From: Octopus vulgaris
Lineage: Eukaryota
Reading direction: 5' to 3'
Length of the DNA: 64,000 nt
Assembly: GCA_951406725.2 (NCBI GenBank)
Contig: OX597836.1
Location: 33,852,001 to 33,916,000 of the forward strand
Under the pieces are notes generated by a model. It had not been told where the DNA came from and did no database searches. It worked only from the letters and a program-made list of their open reading frames with translations. Positions 12,646-26,954 of this stretch are shown in pieces. Made by a program: the position numbers and the translations under genes. Every line of letters begins with the position of its first letter. Positions within the stretch are counted from its first letter, which is position 1.

Positions 12646-12953
12646 TGAAGAAGTGGAAAAAAAACAGTAAAAGTAAGAATTAAAATAAAAACAATAATAA
12701 TAATAAAATACAAAAAAAAAATGATAAAGAAAAAAGAGGTACGGTGCTTGTATTCTTTCTTATCTGCGATAACCCAGATCTTTTAAACAGCGGCCTTGAG
12801 TCTCTAATTACTCTCAATTCGCACTGAAAAGCGATAAAAAGTCTTATTCTCATTAAATTCTAGATAGGGATCTAGAGAAAACGATGACATATAATAAGGA
12901 GGACGGACACATGTCTTCCATCTTTCTAACACTTACACACTCCGTGTAGTGTG

Positions 12954-13000
<47 letters not shown>

Positions 13001-13166
13001 TGCAGGTGTGTGTGTGCGTTTGCTGATTTGCGTGTAATTTTTTTTTTGCATACATGCATTTGTGTGTGCGTGCGTGCGTGCGTGCGTGTGTTGTGTATGA
13101 GTACATGTGTATGTGTGTGTGTGTATGTGTGTGCATGTGTCTGTGCATGTATGGCATGTATGAGCT

Positions 13167-13198
<32 letters not shown>

Positions 13199-13210
13199 TT
13201 TCTATATATG

Positions 13211-13252
<42 letters not shown>

Positions 13253-13258
13253 GTATAA

Positions 13259-13312
<54 letters not shown>

Positions 13313-13338
13313 ATATGTATATATATATATGTATACAT

Positions 13339-13407
<69 letters not shown>

Positions 13408-13534
13408 CATACACATACATAAGCACCCGCGAATAAATGCATATCTTTTAATCGTTTTACTTGTTTGTGACCTTGGACTTCGGTCATGCTAGGGCACGAC
13501 CTTGAAAGTTTTGGCGGAGCAAATCGACTCGAGC

Positions 13535-13696
13535 ACCACATTGTTCCGGGTTCAGTCCCACTGCGTGGCACCTTGGGCAAGTGTCTTCTACTATAGCCTC
13601 GGGCCGACCAAAGCCTTGTGAGTGGATTTGGTAGACGGAAACTGAAAGAAGCCCGTCGTATATATGTATATATGTATGTGTGTATGTGTGTGTATA

Positions 13697-13727
<31 letters not shown>

Positions 13728-13925
13728 ATTTGTGTTTATCCCCCACCACAACATCGCTTGACAACCGATACTGGTGTGTTTACGTCCCCGTAACTTAGCG
13801 GTTCGGCAAAATAGACCGATTTAATAAGTACTAGGCTTACAAAAAATAAGTCCGAGGGGGGCGATTTGTTCCACTAAAGGCGGTGCTCCAGCATGGCCAC
13901 AGTCAAATGACTAAAACAAGTAAAA
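13535..13925 (+). mobile_element. SINE family B (tRNA head plus CORE-like box), 5' truncated
   Basis: Contains GGTTCAGTCCCACTGCGTGGCACCTTGGGCAAGTG, an internal (TG)n and the family tail. Confidence 0.85.
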
Positions 13926-14071
13926 AAGTTCAACCTACATAAGTTAACGTGTGAAAAACAAATTAGGAATTTTGAAAGGAGATTCTATAAAACTAGATTT
14001 TAAACACCGAATTGTTACAAAATATTATTTCAAAGGGTCCATAGATGAAAAAAAGAAAATGGTTGAGTACC

Positions 14072-14247
14072 AGGCGTAGGTGTGGCTGTGTGGTATGTAG
14101 CTTGCTTACTAATCACATGGTTCCGGGTTCAGTCCCACTGCGTGGCACCTTGGGCAAGTGTCTTCTACTATAGCCTTGGGCCGACCAAAGCCTTGTAAGT
14201 GGATTTGGTAGATGGAAACTGAAAAGAAGACCGTCGTATATATGCAC

Positions 14248-14285
<38 letters not shown>

Positions 14286-14500
14286 TTGTGTGTCTGCGTT
14301 TGTCACCCCAACATCGCTTGACAACCGATGCTGGTGTGTTTACGTCCCCGTAATTTAGCGGTTCGGCAAAAGAGACCGACAGAATAAGTACTAGGCTTAC
14401 AAAGAATAAGTCCTGGGGGGAGTCGATTTGATTCGACTAAAGGCGGTGCTCCAGCATGGCCGCAGTCTCAAATGACTGAAACAACTAAAAGCATCAAAGA
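14072..14500 (+). mobile_element. SINE family B, full length
   Basis: Runs from the AGGCGTAGGTGTGGCTGTGTGG head to the AAATGACTGAAACAA tail. Confidence 0.88.
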
Positions 14501-14657
14501 ATAAAAGAAAAACACGTTTTTACATTGTTCAACCTACATAAGTTAATATTTGAAAAAAAAAAAAACAAAATAGGAATTTTGAAAGAAGTTTCTATAAAAC
14601 TAATTTTTAAATATCGAATGGCTATGAGGGTTCACCAGAATAAGATAGTATTTCAAA

Positions 14658-15224
14658 TTATAAATATCTTGGGTCATACATATCATCATCTGGAAAAGAC
14701 TTTCTAACTAGAAAGGGTATGGCCTGGTCAGCCTGTAATGACATGCATAAGATCTGGTCATCAAATCTAAGTTGAGACTTCAAACTTGAAATCTTCAAAG
14801 CCACAGTCGAACCAATTCTACCATATGGCTCAGAAACCTGGACGTTATCAAAGAAGCTTGAGAGGCGGTTGGATGGGACCTACACTCGCCTCCTTATGAG
14901 AGCTCAAAATCTCTTGTGGAAGCGTCATCCAACCAAAATGCAAATATATGGGAAACTACCACCTGTATCATCTCTTGTGAAAGGTAGGAGAGTCCAGTTT
15001 GCTGGACATTGTTGTAAAGCTGAAAAAGAAGTAATTTCTACTCTTCTCCTCTGGAAGCCATCTACTCGCAATACCAGAGGGCGCACACTCTCCTACCCTG
15101 ATGTAATCTCCAGGGATACAGGCATCGAGCAACAGGACCTCCGTAATGCCATGATAGACCGTGAAGTCTGGCGTAGCATGGTAAATTCCATTGTCTCGAC
15201 CACGGTCGAACAATGATGATGATG
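14658..15224 (+). mobile_element. RTE-like LINE 3' fragment with (TGA)n tail
   Basis: Translates to YKYLGSYI..RKGMAWSA..FKATVEPILPYGSETWTLSKKLERRLDGTYTRLLMRAQN..RRVQFAGHC..DREVWR with one in-frame stop. TSD ATTTCAAA at 14650-14657 and 15225-15232, inside a hAT-MITE fragment. Confidence 0.85.
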
Positions 15225-15382
15225 ATTTCAAAGGGGTCCATAGATGTAAAAATGGTTGAGAGCTATGTTTTACATTGTTCAACCTACACAAGTTAATGTC
15301 TAAAAAACTAACAAGGAATTTTGAAAGAAGTTCCTATAAAACAAGTGTTTTTTTTTTGCTGTTTTTTTTTTTATACATAAAA

Positions 15383-15549
15383 TAGGCGCAGGAGTGGCTG
15401 TGTAGTAAGTAGCTTGCTAACCAACCACATGGTTCCGGGTTCAGTCCCACTGCGTGGCATCTTGGTCAAGTGTCTTCTGTTATAGCCCCGGGCCGACCAA
15501 TGCCTTGTGAGTGGATTTGGTAGACGGAAACTGAAAGAAGCCTGTCGTA

Positions 15550-15602
<53 letters not shown>

Positions 15603-15820
15603 TTGTGTGTCTTTGTTTATCCCCCTAGTATTGCTTGACAACCGATGCTGGTGTGTTTACGTCCCCGTAACTTAGCGGTTCGGAAAAGAGACCGATAGAA
15701 TAAGTACTGGGCTTACAAAGAATAAGTCTCGGGGTCGATTTGCTCGACTAAAGGCAGTGCTCCAGCATGGTCGCAGTCAAATGACTGAAACAAGTAAAAG
15801 AGTAAAAAGAGTAAGAGAGT
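15383..15820 (+). mobile_element. SINE family B, full length
   Basis: Head AGGCGCAGGAGTGGCTGTG and tail (AGTAAAAG)n. Confidence 0.9.
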
Positions 15821-16269
15821 AAATGGCTATGACGGTCCACCAGAATAAAATAGTAATCAAAGGGGTCCATTGATAAAAAAAAAATAGTTGAAGCCCTCCG
15901 GTCTAGACGGAGAGAGGTTTAAAATCCGGAACTCAATACTCGAACTTCGACTAGAGTATTACACTGGCCGTCCCGACTGTTCAACCGTGACATCACATCT
16001 GAAGCCAGGTTCTGATTTACGAGCGTCGTGTGATAATGGTAGGCCTAAGGTGTGTGAATGTGTATGTTTGTGTGTATTTGTGTGTGTGTATGTGTGTATT
16101 TGTGTGTGTGTATGTGTATATATGTGTGTGTGTACGTGCGTGCGTGTGCGATAGCCCTTCCCTAAATTGAATTCATCACGAAAAGGTCTCATGCACCAGG
16201 TGGATATATTTTTGTCAACAACAGATTTCAGTATACACACACACACACACACACACAGTCACACACACT

Positions 16270-16301
<32 letters not shown>

Positions 16302-16499
16302 CGCACGTACACAAATTTACACGCGCACACAGACACACGTTTACAGATACACATACAGACACGCGCGCACGCGAGTGTGTGTGTGTATGTGTGTTTGTGC
16401 GTGCGTGCGTGCGCACACGTAAACAGACGCAAATACACGTAAACACACACTCACACACAATCAATCACACACACACATATATGCAAACACAGAAATAAG

Positions 16500-16960
16500 C
16501 ATACACACACACATCTACACAAACACACTTCTACACACGCACACAAGCATAAAAGCACACACTTCTACACACGCATATCTTCACAAGCACACACACATTC
16601 ACACACACTTCTACACAAGCACACATACACATTCACACACACGAACACACACACACTTCTATACACACACACACGTCTATACGCACACACACACTTCTAT
16701 ACACATACACACACGTCTATACGCACACACACACTTCTACACACACACTTCTACACACACACACTTCTTCACACACACACTTCTACACACACACACGCTT
16801 CTACACACACACACTTCTACACACACACACTTCTATACACACACACACTTCTATACTACACACACACACGTCTATACGCACACACACACACTTCTATACA
16901 CACACACACTTCTACACACACACACACACTTCTACACAAACATACGCACACACACATTCT
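16500..16960. repeat. Compound minisatellite CTTCTA(CA)n
   Basis: More than 15 units of CTTCTAC/CTTCTAT/CGTCTAT followed by CA runs. Confidence 0.85.
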
Positions 16961-17473
16961 TGTACTATGCTGTTGGATTGTTGTCAAAGGTGGCGTTCAT
17001 GTAGTAAAGAAATGTAATTTTGTTGGAATTCGAATAAAGACCTCAAAAAAAAAAAAAACAGAGATGTTTCAAATCTATGGCTGTAACTTAATATGTTCAG
17101 ATTACCTTTAGATTTTAATCAAATCACCCAACGTATTTGTTACAAAATACACCAATCCGCTTGAAACGAACATTCGCCATGCTTTGTTGATTTTCGCTCG
17201 GTTCATTAAAATCAAAATAAAAATGAAAAAAAAGTCACAAACAGAAACAAGTAAAATGCTCTGAATTATTTATTATTTAAAAAAAAAATCTGTTTCTATG
17301 TCAACCAGTTGAGAATGTTGTTTATGATGCTCGACGCTCTACTGAATGGGCGTGGACCAAAATTTCGGGATCGAAATGACTGAAGGTAAAATTTGGAAAA
17401 CAGAGACATTGGTAGTGTTCAGAGGTCAGTGTCGCAAAAAGTTAATCAATAAAAGTTTGTTGATTAAAAGATA

Positions 17474-17847
17474 GGAGCACTCCATCGGTTACAACGATGA
17501 GGGTCCCAGTTGATACGATCAACGGAACAGCTTGCTCGTGGAATTAACGTGCAAGTGGCTGAGCATTCCACAGACACGTGTACGTAGTTCTCGAGGAGAT
17601 TCAGCGAGACACAGAGAGTGACAAGGCCGGCCCTTTGAAATACAGGTACAACAGAAACAGGAAGTAAGAGTGAGAGAAAGTTGTGGTGAAAGAGTACAGC
17701 AGGGATCACCACCATCCCTGCCGGAGCCTCGTGGAGATTTAGGTGTTTTCACTCAATAAACACTCACAATTCCCGGTCTGGGAATCGAAACCGCGATCCT
17801 ACGACCGCGAGTCCGCTGCCCTAACCACTGGGCCATTGCGCCTCCAC
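17474..17847 (-). mobile_element. SINE family A
   Basis: Reverse complement of 168-555. TSD TGATTAAAAGATA at 17461-17473 and 17848-17860. Confidence 0.9.
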
Positions 17848-18358
17848 TGATTAAAAGATAAATTAAAGTGATTCACGGGCATCCTTCGATCTTTTCTTCA
17901 ATATTTACGCCTTATTATTCAAAGCTTTATCTGCTTCGAGATTCACTGTTACTCTTTTTGATATTTACTAATTTACTTGTTTCAGTCATTTGACTGCGGT
18001 CATGCTGGAGCACCGCCTTTAGTCGAGCAAATCGACCCCCAGGACTTATTCTTTGTAAGCCTAGTACTTATTCTATCGGTCTCTTTTGCCGAACCGCTCA
18101 GTTACGGGGAAAAAGCGGGGGGAAAGTGTTTATGTGAATCGTGTACATTTAGTAAATTCTAATCTCTCACCCCTCTCACTTTCTCCTATCTCACTCTCTC
18201 TTTCCCTTCTCTCTTTTCCCTATCTCACTCGCTCTTTTAACTAACCCACTCTCTCTTCTCCCTCTCTATTTTTTATTTCCCTCTCTCTCCCTTTCTCTTT
18301 CCTCTTTCTGTGTGTGAGCATATTTCTGTTAATGTGCATGAGAAGATGGAAAGCATTT

Positions 18359-18532
18359 ATAGGCGCAGGAGTGGCTGTGTGGTAAGTAGCTTGCTAACCA
18401 ACCACATGGTTCCGGGTTCAGTCCCACTGCGTGGCATCTTGGGCAAGTGCCTTCTGCTATAGCCCCGGGCCGACCAATGTCTTGTGAGTGGATTTGGTAG
18501 ACAGAAACTGAAAGAAGCCTGTCGTATATATG

Positions 18533-18565
<33 letters not shown>

Positions 18566-18780
18566 GTTTGTGTGTCTGTGTTTGTCTCCCTAGCATTGCT
18601 TGACAACCGATGCTGGTGTGTTTAGGTCCCCGTAACTTAGCGGTTCGGCAAAAGAGACCGATAGAATAAGTACTAGGCTTACAAAGAATAAGTCCCGGGG
18701 TCGATTTGCTCGACTAAAGGCGGTGCTCCAGCATGGCCGCAGTCAAATGACTGAAACAAGTAAAAGAGTAAAAGAGTAAA
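18359..18780 (+). mobile_element. SINE family B, full length
   Basis: Near-consensus copy. A partial minus copy lies at about 17965-18110. Confidence 0.9.
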
Positions 18781-19169
18781 CGCATTCAATTAATAAATTC
18801 TAATCTCTCTGTCTCTCTCCCACTCCCCTTCTCACTCTGTATGTATATATTTCTGCACTCTTGCGTGTTTGTGTTTGCCGGCAGTGCCAAAAAGAACTGT
18901 TGCCAAACCAAAATCACTATCCAATCAGCTACGCCAAAATACCACCCCCTCTCTCTCTCTCTCTTTCTCTGTATGTTGCTTATTTCTGCACCCCCGCGTG
19001 TTTGAGTTGACCTTCAGTTCTAAAAGCACTGTCGCCAAAACAGATTCACAATCCAATCGGCCGCGCCGAATCTCCAAAGAGCCGCGCCCAATCGCTATCG
19101 CCAAAGCTCCGCGCCCAATTGTCTCACACCACACCAAACCACTGTTCAACCATCCACAGGCGCTAAGCA

Positions 19170-19594
19170 TATACTCTTTTACTCTTTTTTACTCTTTTAC
19201 TTGTTTCAGTCATTTGACTGCGGCCATGCTGGAGCACCGCCTTTAGTCGAGCAAATCGACCCCGGGACTTATTCTTTGTAAGCCCAGTACTTATTCTATC
19301 GGTCTCTTTTTGCCGAACCGCTAAGGGACGGGGACGTAAACACACCAGCATCGGTTGTCAAGCAATGCTAGGGGGACAAACACAGACACACAAACACATA
19401 CACACACATATATATATATATACATATATACGACAGGCTTCTTTCAGTTTCCGTCTACCAAATCCACTCACAAGGCATTGGTCGGCCCGCGGCTATAGCA
19501 GAAGACACTTGCCCAAGATGCCACGCAGTGGGACTGAACCCGGAACCATGTGGCTGGTTAGCAAGCTACTTACCACACAGCCACTCCTGCGCCT
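19170..19594 (-). mobile_element. SINE family B, full length, inverted relative to 18359-18780
   Basis: Reverse complement of the family B consensus. Confidence 0.9.
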
Positions 19595-20442
19595 AGTGTA
19601 AATTCATAAATATTCACAACACCTAATTTCGTTACGTTCAAAACATTTCAATTGCGTCTTTGACTTCGTTCCATAGTTAGTAACGTTACAACAGTCAATC
19701 ATTTTTCTTTATAGTAGAAATTTCAAAGACAAGAGCAAAAAGAAAGGTATGTCTTTAATTGTCTAAGCGGAACAGTGCAAATATGTGAGATTCTTCCAAA
19801 CTTCAGCATGTGGTAATACAGAACTGTTATTGTTGTTGAATTTTGAATGAGCGAAAATTGCTTCTAAGCTGGAGACTGATGTTTCTTTCTTTGGTTTTTT
19901 TTTTTTTTCCTTTTTTTTGTTCTTCCTTATTTCGTACTCTCTGTTGGAATTTAAAGACTAGAAAAACATACACACGTGCATACATACGTGCATACATACA
20001 TACATACATACATACATACATACATACATACATACATACATACATACATACACACATACATACATACACACATACATACATACATACATACACATACATA
20101 GATACATACATACATACATACATACATACATGCATACATACATACATACACACATACATACACACACATACATACATACATACATACATACATACATACA
20201 TACATACATACATACATACATACATACACACATACACACATACATACATACATACACACACACATACAAATACACACACATACATAATACATACATACAT
20301 GCATGTACACATACATGCAGACACAGGCATTCATCCACACACACACACATACGCACACGCACACATACGCGCACACATATATGGGTGTGTATATTTTTTT
20401 GATTTTTCCAGTTTCAGCTCATGAGCTGTGGCCATGCTGGGG

Positions 20443-20473
<31 letters not shown>

Positions 20474-20682
20474 AACGTACACATACATGCTTATACATAT
20501 ACATCCATCCACACACACACACATACGCACACATACATATGGTTGTATATATATAATATATATATATATATATAGATATATATATATATCATATATGCAT
20601 ATTCAGGCATATGTGGGTGTGTATAATTTCATATACGCTTGTACATGCGAGAGTGTGTGATTATATGTATATATATATATAC

Positions 20683-20732
<50 letters not shown>

Positions 20733-20821
20733 ATATATATCATATATGAATATTCAGACGTGTGTGTGTGTGTATAATTTCATATACGTTTGTACATGTC
20801 AGAGTCTGTGATTATTTATGC

Positions 20822-20877
<56 letters not shown>

Positions 20878-21072
20878 GCACAGAAGCACTTCTATATTCT
20901 TCTCACACCTACAAGTACACGGCTTTAGCGAGTGCACACATTTTAGTGCAGTTCGACAACGAGGCTGGATGTTGGTTTAAACAAGACTCGGCGTACAATG
21001 AAGACAGTTTACATATTTTTGATGCCTCCCGTTGAGTTGTTTCTTTGACGCACTGACACACACTCACTCACT

Positions 21073-21128
<56 letters not shown>

Positions 21129-21381
21129 CACACATGAACAAACATACATCGACACCCACATATACACAACCGCCGTCAACATACTGACGAACGGATATAC
21201 ATACACGCATACACATCTCATCCATATACCAGCTTTCACACACACATACACACATGTGCTCACATACATGTAAATATACATATACATACAACTACTCATA
21301 CACATTTACACTCACACATGCGTATAAATATACATACTTGTATCTTATATATACTCAAACACGTTCACACAAACGTGTGTC

Positions 21382-21421
<40 letters not shown>

Positions 21422-21471
21422 TACGCACACATATACATATATACGTATATGTATATATATACACATATAGC

Positions 21472-21507
<36 letters not shown>

Positions 21508-21568
21508 CATATATATACATATATATATATATGTATGTATATATACATATACATAGCTATATGTATGC

Positions 21569-21628
<60 letters not shown>

Positions 21629-21633
21629 ATATA

Positions 21634-21818
<185 letters not shown>

Positions 21819-21825
21819 TTGCATA

Positions 21826-22175
21826 TCGCAGGTGTAGCTGTGTGTTAAGAAGCTTGCTTCCTAACCACATAGTTCCGGGTTCAGTCCCACTGCGTAGCAC
21901 CATGTGCAAGTGTCTTCAACTATAGCCTTGGGTCGAACAAAGCCCTGTGAGAGGATTTGGTAGACAGAAACTGAAAGAAGTCCGTCGTATATGTGTGTGT
22001 GTGTGTGTGTGTGTGTCCTTGTCTCTCAACCATCGCTTGACAACCGATGTTGCTGTGTTTACGTCCTGGTAAATTAGCGATTCGGCCTAAGAGACCGATA
22101 GAATAAGTCCTGGGGTCGACTAAAGGCTGTGCTGCAACATGGTCGCAGTCAATGACTGAAACAAATAGAAGAGTA
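21826..22175 (+). mobile_element. SINE family B, diverged copy
   Basis: Has the family B layout and shares private variants with the copy at 9800-10095. Confidence 0.85.
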
Positions 22176-22227
<52 letters not shown>

Positions 22228-22774
22228 TGTGTGTGTGTGTATGTATATGTATGTGTGCGTGTGTATCTATTATATACACACACATATATATACACATATA
22301 CAAAAGGGGATAGGAAAACCGATGAATTACTAACATTTTTTTTCTGAAATATACGTATAGTGAGTCCTGCATCAGGTTATTAGTCCTGCAAAGCCTAAGC
22401 GATATGTATATATATATATATATATACGCCATGTTGATTCGCTAGCCTCTGCACGCATTTTTTTTCTCTCCTTGTTTCTCTCCGTGTTTTTTTTCTGTGT
22501 ATCTTTCTGTTGAAGAGTGTAGGCTCGAAACGTAAAAGACTTGTTTTATTTATATTCCTGAGCACCATACTAATACAATTGTTTGTTTGTATTCCACCTG
22601 CCTTCGTCTTTTGTATATTTTCATAAAGCTTCCCGTTATATATACACATACATACATACATGCATACATATACCCACCACACACAATCAAAATGAGCAAC
22701 AGGATATCAAGAAGTGATGCAGTACGTCCGTTTCAAGTGGCTCCATTTAATGAACAATGCAGTCATATATATAC

Positions 22775-22833
<59 letters not shown>

Positions 22834-22973
22834 ATGTAATATTCGTATCCACTTCAACATGGTTTTTCCATTCAAACAGACTTTACTGCGACTAAAAATC
22901 CTTGAAGCTTGTGCACCAACATGGCCGCAGTCTAATGACTGAAACAAATATAGGATAAAAGATAAAAGATATA

Positions 22974-23350
22974 TCCTTATATATAAAAGTGAAGTGTGTG
23001 TGTCTCCTACGATTTAGATTCCAAACTACTCCCACATTTTACGGTGCAGTTTAACCTAAACCGGGTATCTTATAGACGTGATTCATATCGAGCTCTTCTG
23101 GGTATTAGCGCGCGTCTACGATAAGTCTACGATTAAAAAAAATTTACCATAATTTTTTTCCATTTTAATGCATTTTTTCGCTATTATATAAGGGAAGTAA
23201 CTCTCTAAAAATGTCTACGATGAGTCAACGATTTAAAAAAATTTACCATCATTTTTTTCCATTTTTAATGCATTTTTTTGCTAACTCTCTAAATATGCTT
23301 ATATAGTTATTTCCCTTACAAACCCGAGCAACGCCGGGCGATACTGCTAG
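22974..23350 (+). mobile_element. Non-autonomous Helitron
   Basis: 5' TC, 3' CTAG, subterminal GC hairpin CCCGAGCAACGCCGGG, inserted at A|T, no TSD. Confidence 0.8.
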
Positions 23351-23413
23351 TATAATATATAAAGAGAAGGAGAGAATGAGAAAGAGAGAGAATGCTATAA
23401 TGAGATAGAAAGA

Positions 23414-23447
<34 letters not shown>

Positions 23448-23826
23448 GAAAGAGAGAGGCGGAGAGAGGGATATTATAGTGGCGACTTCTGGTACTAAAG
23501 CTAGTATATGCAATGTTAAAAGCCCAAACTCTTCAAGAATAGTACACAGGGCTCGTACGTACCTTTCCTTCCAGCTGTTTCTTATAAAAAGCCAAAGATT
23601 AAATCTGTCCTGTTATATGCATTCTTAGGCAAGCACTGCATGCCTTGCGTTCATGCGAGAGATGCCAAATGCTTATATATATATATATATATGTATAGGC
23701 ATACCTCACACTACGTCGTTAATTGGTTCCAGGAGACACGACTTAAGTCGAGTTTACTTGTCTCTAGACTAAACCGATAATAACCATTCCCTGTACTTTA
23801 TTTATGGATGCATTTTCAATTATGCA

Positions 23827-24223
23827 TCTTTATATATAAAAGTCAAGTTGTGTGTCTGTCTCCTACGATTTAGATTCCTAACTACTCCCACATTTTGCGG
23901 TGCAGTTTAACCAAAACCGGGTATCTTATAGTCGTGGTTCATATCGAGCCCTTCTGGGTATTAGCGCGCGTCTACGATGAGTCTACGATTTTAAAAAAAA
24001 TTTACCATCATTTTTTTCCATTTTAATGCATTTTTTCGCTATTATTTAAGGGAAGTAACTCTCTAAAAATGTCTACGATGAGTCAACGATTTAAAAAAAA
24101 ATTTACCATAATTTTTTCCCATTTTTAAAGCATTTTTTTGCTATTTTTTGGCTATAACTCTCTAAAAATGCTTATATAGTTATTTCCCTTACAAACCCGA
24201 GCAACGCCGGGCGAAACTGCTAG
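23827..24223 (+). mobile_element. Non-autonomous Helitron, copy 2
   Basis: Same sequence, TC...CTAG. It is directly followed by another Helitron-like 5' end, TCTCTTATTATAAAAGG, at 24224. Confidence 0.8.
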
Positions 24224-25003
24224 TCTCTTATTATAAAAGGCAGGTTTTATCTGCCTCCCTTTGTCAGTTATAGAAATCTACAATATAGGATTTCTTTAAT
24301 TACAATTTACCTAGCATTTTTAAGAGTAGAATGCATCGGGTCATGCCAGGTCCGGTTTTTAAAATTTAAACTCCAATTAAGCAAAATTTACAGAAAACTC
24401 ACATTCTGGTGTGTATGTCAAATGCTTTTCTTAGTCTGGTTTACAGCACACGCAAACGCACACACACAGTGTGCAACGAATAAAGTGAAACTAGATGTAA
24501 TATTTGTTTCTGTCTATCACGCTGATAGATACATGAGTAAAATGTATGGCAAGCTAACAGATAAGAGTGAGTGAAAATGTTCTTGGAAGAGAGTAAATAG
24601 CGACAGAGTGATTTGAGGAAGACTAAACTGAAAGTATGAAACAGTGTTTATGTATAAACAGACGACACTTATATAAACCCTTTCGTTACCAAACCGCCCG
24701 AATTTACCTATTCATATTTAAATGAGAATATCAGAGTAAATCTCTTTAGTACATTCGTGAAAACACGTATTATACTTCGTAAACACTTCAAATACAGTTT
24801 TGTACAAAAATCGAAGTGTAATTTTAATTCCGTGAATTATGGGAGATTTTTTTCCGAAATTTGTTCCTATTGTGTTTTCAAAATTTGTAATTCTGACAAA
24901 AAATGGATACGAATTTCATTATATCAAGCAGCGAGTCAGAATTCGAAGGATTTTCTACTGAAGACCTTCATAAATCTAACTCTATGACTGAAAACAAAAA
25001 GCA

Positions 25004-25397
25004 TCTTTATATAGAAGTGAAGTTGTGTGTCTGTCTCCTACGATTTAGATTCGTAACTACTCCCACATTTTGCGGTGCAGTTTAACCAAAAGCGGGTATC
25101 TTATAGTCGTGATTCATATCGAGCCCTTCTGGGTATTAGCGCGTCTACGATGAGTCTACGATTTTAAAAAAATTTACCATCATATTTTTCCATTTTAATG
25201 CATTTTTTCGCTTTTATATAAGGGAAGTAACTCTCTAAAAATATCTACGATGTGTCAACGATTTAAAAAAAAAATTTACCTTAATTTTTTTTCAATTTTT
25301 AATGCATTTTTTTGCTATTTTTTGGCTATAACTCTCTAAAAATGCTTATATAGTTATTTCCCTTACAAACCCGAGCAACGCCGGGCGATACTGCTAG
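25004..25397 (+). mobile_element. Non-autonomous Helitron, copy 3
   Basis: Same sequence, A|TC...CTAG|T. Confidence 0.8.
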
Positions 25398-25504
25398 TGT
25401 TTAATAAAAGCCTAATTAAAACATACAAACAAATAATTTTTATTTTTTTATACAGTACAGTAAAAAACAAACAAGTAATTGAAATTTACGAATACAATTT
25501 GGCG

Positions 25505-26560
25505 ATGTTTACCGTACATCGCGGACGCCTTATTTATGCTTACTGTACATTGCGGACGCTTTATTTATGTTCACCGTACATCGCGGACGCTTTATTTATG
25601 CTTACCGTACATTGCAGATGCTTTATTTATGTTCACCGTACATCGCGGATGCTTTATCTATGCTTACCGTACATCGCGGATGCTTTATTTATGTTCACCG
25701 TACATCGCGGACGCTTTATTTATACTTACCGTACATCGCGGATGCTTTATTTATGTTCACCGTACATCACAGACGCTTTATTTATGCTTACCGTACAGGC
25801 GGACGCTTTATTTATGTTTACCGTACATCGCGGACGCTTTATTTATGCTTACCGTACATCGCGGACGCTTTATTTATGTTTACCGTACATCGCGGACGCT
25901 TTATTTATGTTTACCGTACATCGCGGACGCTTTATTTATGTTTACTGTACATCGTGGACGCTTTATTTATGTTTACCGTATATCGCGGACGCTTTATTTA
26001 TGCTTACCGTACATCGCGGACGCTTTATTTATGCTTACCGTACATCGCGGACGCTTTATTTATGTTTACCGTACATCGCGGACGCTTTATTTATGTTTAC
26101 TGTACATCGCGGTCGCTTTATTTGTGTTTACCGTACATCGCGGACGCTTTATTTATGTTTACTGTACATCGCGGTCGCTTTATTTGTGCTTACTGTACAT
26201 CGCGGACGCTTTATTTATGTTTACTGTACATCGCGGTCGCTTTATTTGTGTTTACTGTACATCGCGGATGCTTTATTTATGTTCACCGTACATCGCAGAC
26301 GCTTTATTTATACTTACCGTACATCGCGGGCGCTTTATTTATGCTTATCATACATCGCTGACGCTTTATTTATGTTTACCGTACATCGCGGATGCTTTAT
26401 TTATGTTTACCGTACAGGCGGACGCTTTATTTATGTTTACCGTACATCGTGGACGCTTTATTTATGTTTCCCGTACATCGCGGACGCTTTATTTATGTTT
26501 ACTGTACATCGCGGACGCTTTATTTATGTTTACCGTACATCGCGGACGCTTTATTTATGA
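25505..26560. repeat. 31-bp minisatellite (TTTACCGTACATCGCGGACGCTTTATTTATG), about 34 copies
   Basis: Direct tandem periodicity. It explains the 260-390 aa repetitive ORFs. Confidence 0.97.
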
Positions 26561-26954
26561 ATGCGGTTTGCAATAAGACATGGTAAAATAAAAGCCTTTT
26601 TTTTAAGCTTAAAAAACAAATTCAGTAATTATTATTATTTTGCAATAGCAAAAAGAAACTAAATTATTTTAAATTTACCAATGCGTACATACAAATTGTT
26701 GGTTTACATCGCGGATGTAGATGGCTATAGATTGTCAACATGAACTATCTCTGGCTATTCTTGTTCTATACGCTTTAAAAAACCGGTATACTTCTCTTCT
26801 ACAACACTAGAAGACACCCGTCTTGAACCCAAGACCACATGGTTGGAGATCAAGCTTCTTGACTCTCCCACAGCCAATCCTACGCATATATATATGCGTG
26901 TGCACGTGTTTGCGCGCCCAAGTGTGTGTTTGTGTGTTTATAGATATATGTACA

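Noticed and set aside
19714-19745. Plus-strand micro-exon (TTTCTTTATAG ... AAG|GTATGT)
   Set aside because: It is isolated and has no partner exons. Such signals arise by chance in AT-rich DNA, which also tempers the minus-strand candidates.
25397-26586. 264-387 aa ORFs, and a possible CRISPR-like array
   Set aside because: They are translations of a 31-bp tandem repeat. The units are contiguous, with no unique spacers and no cas genes.
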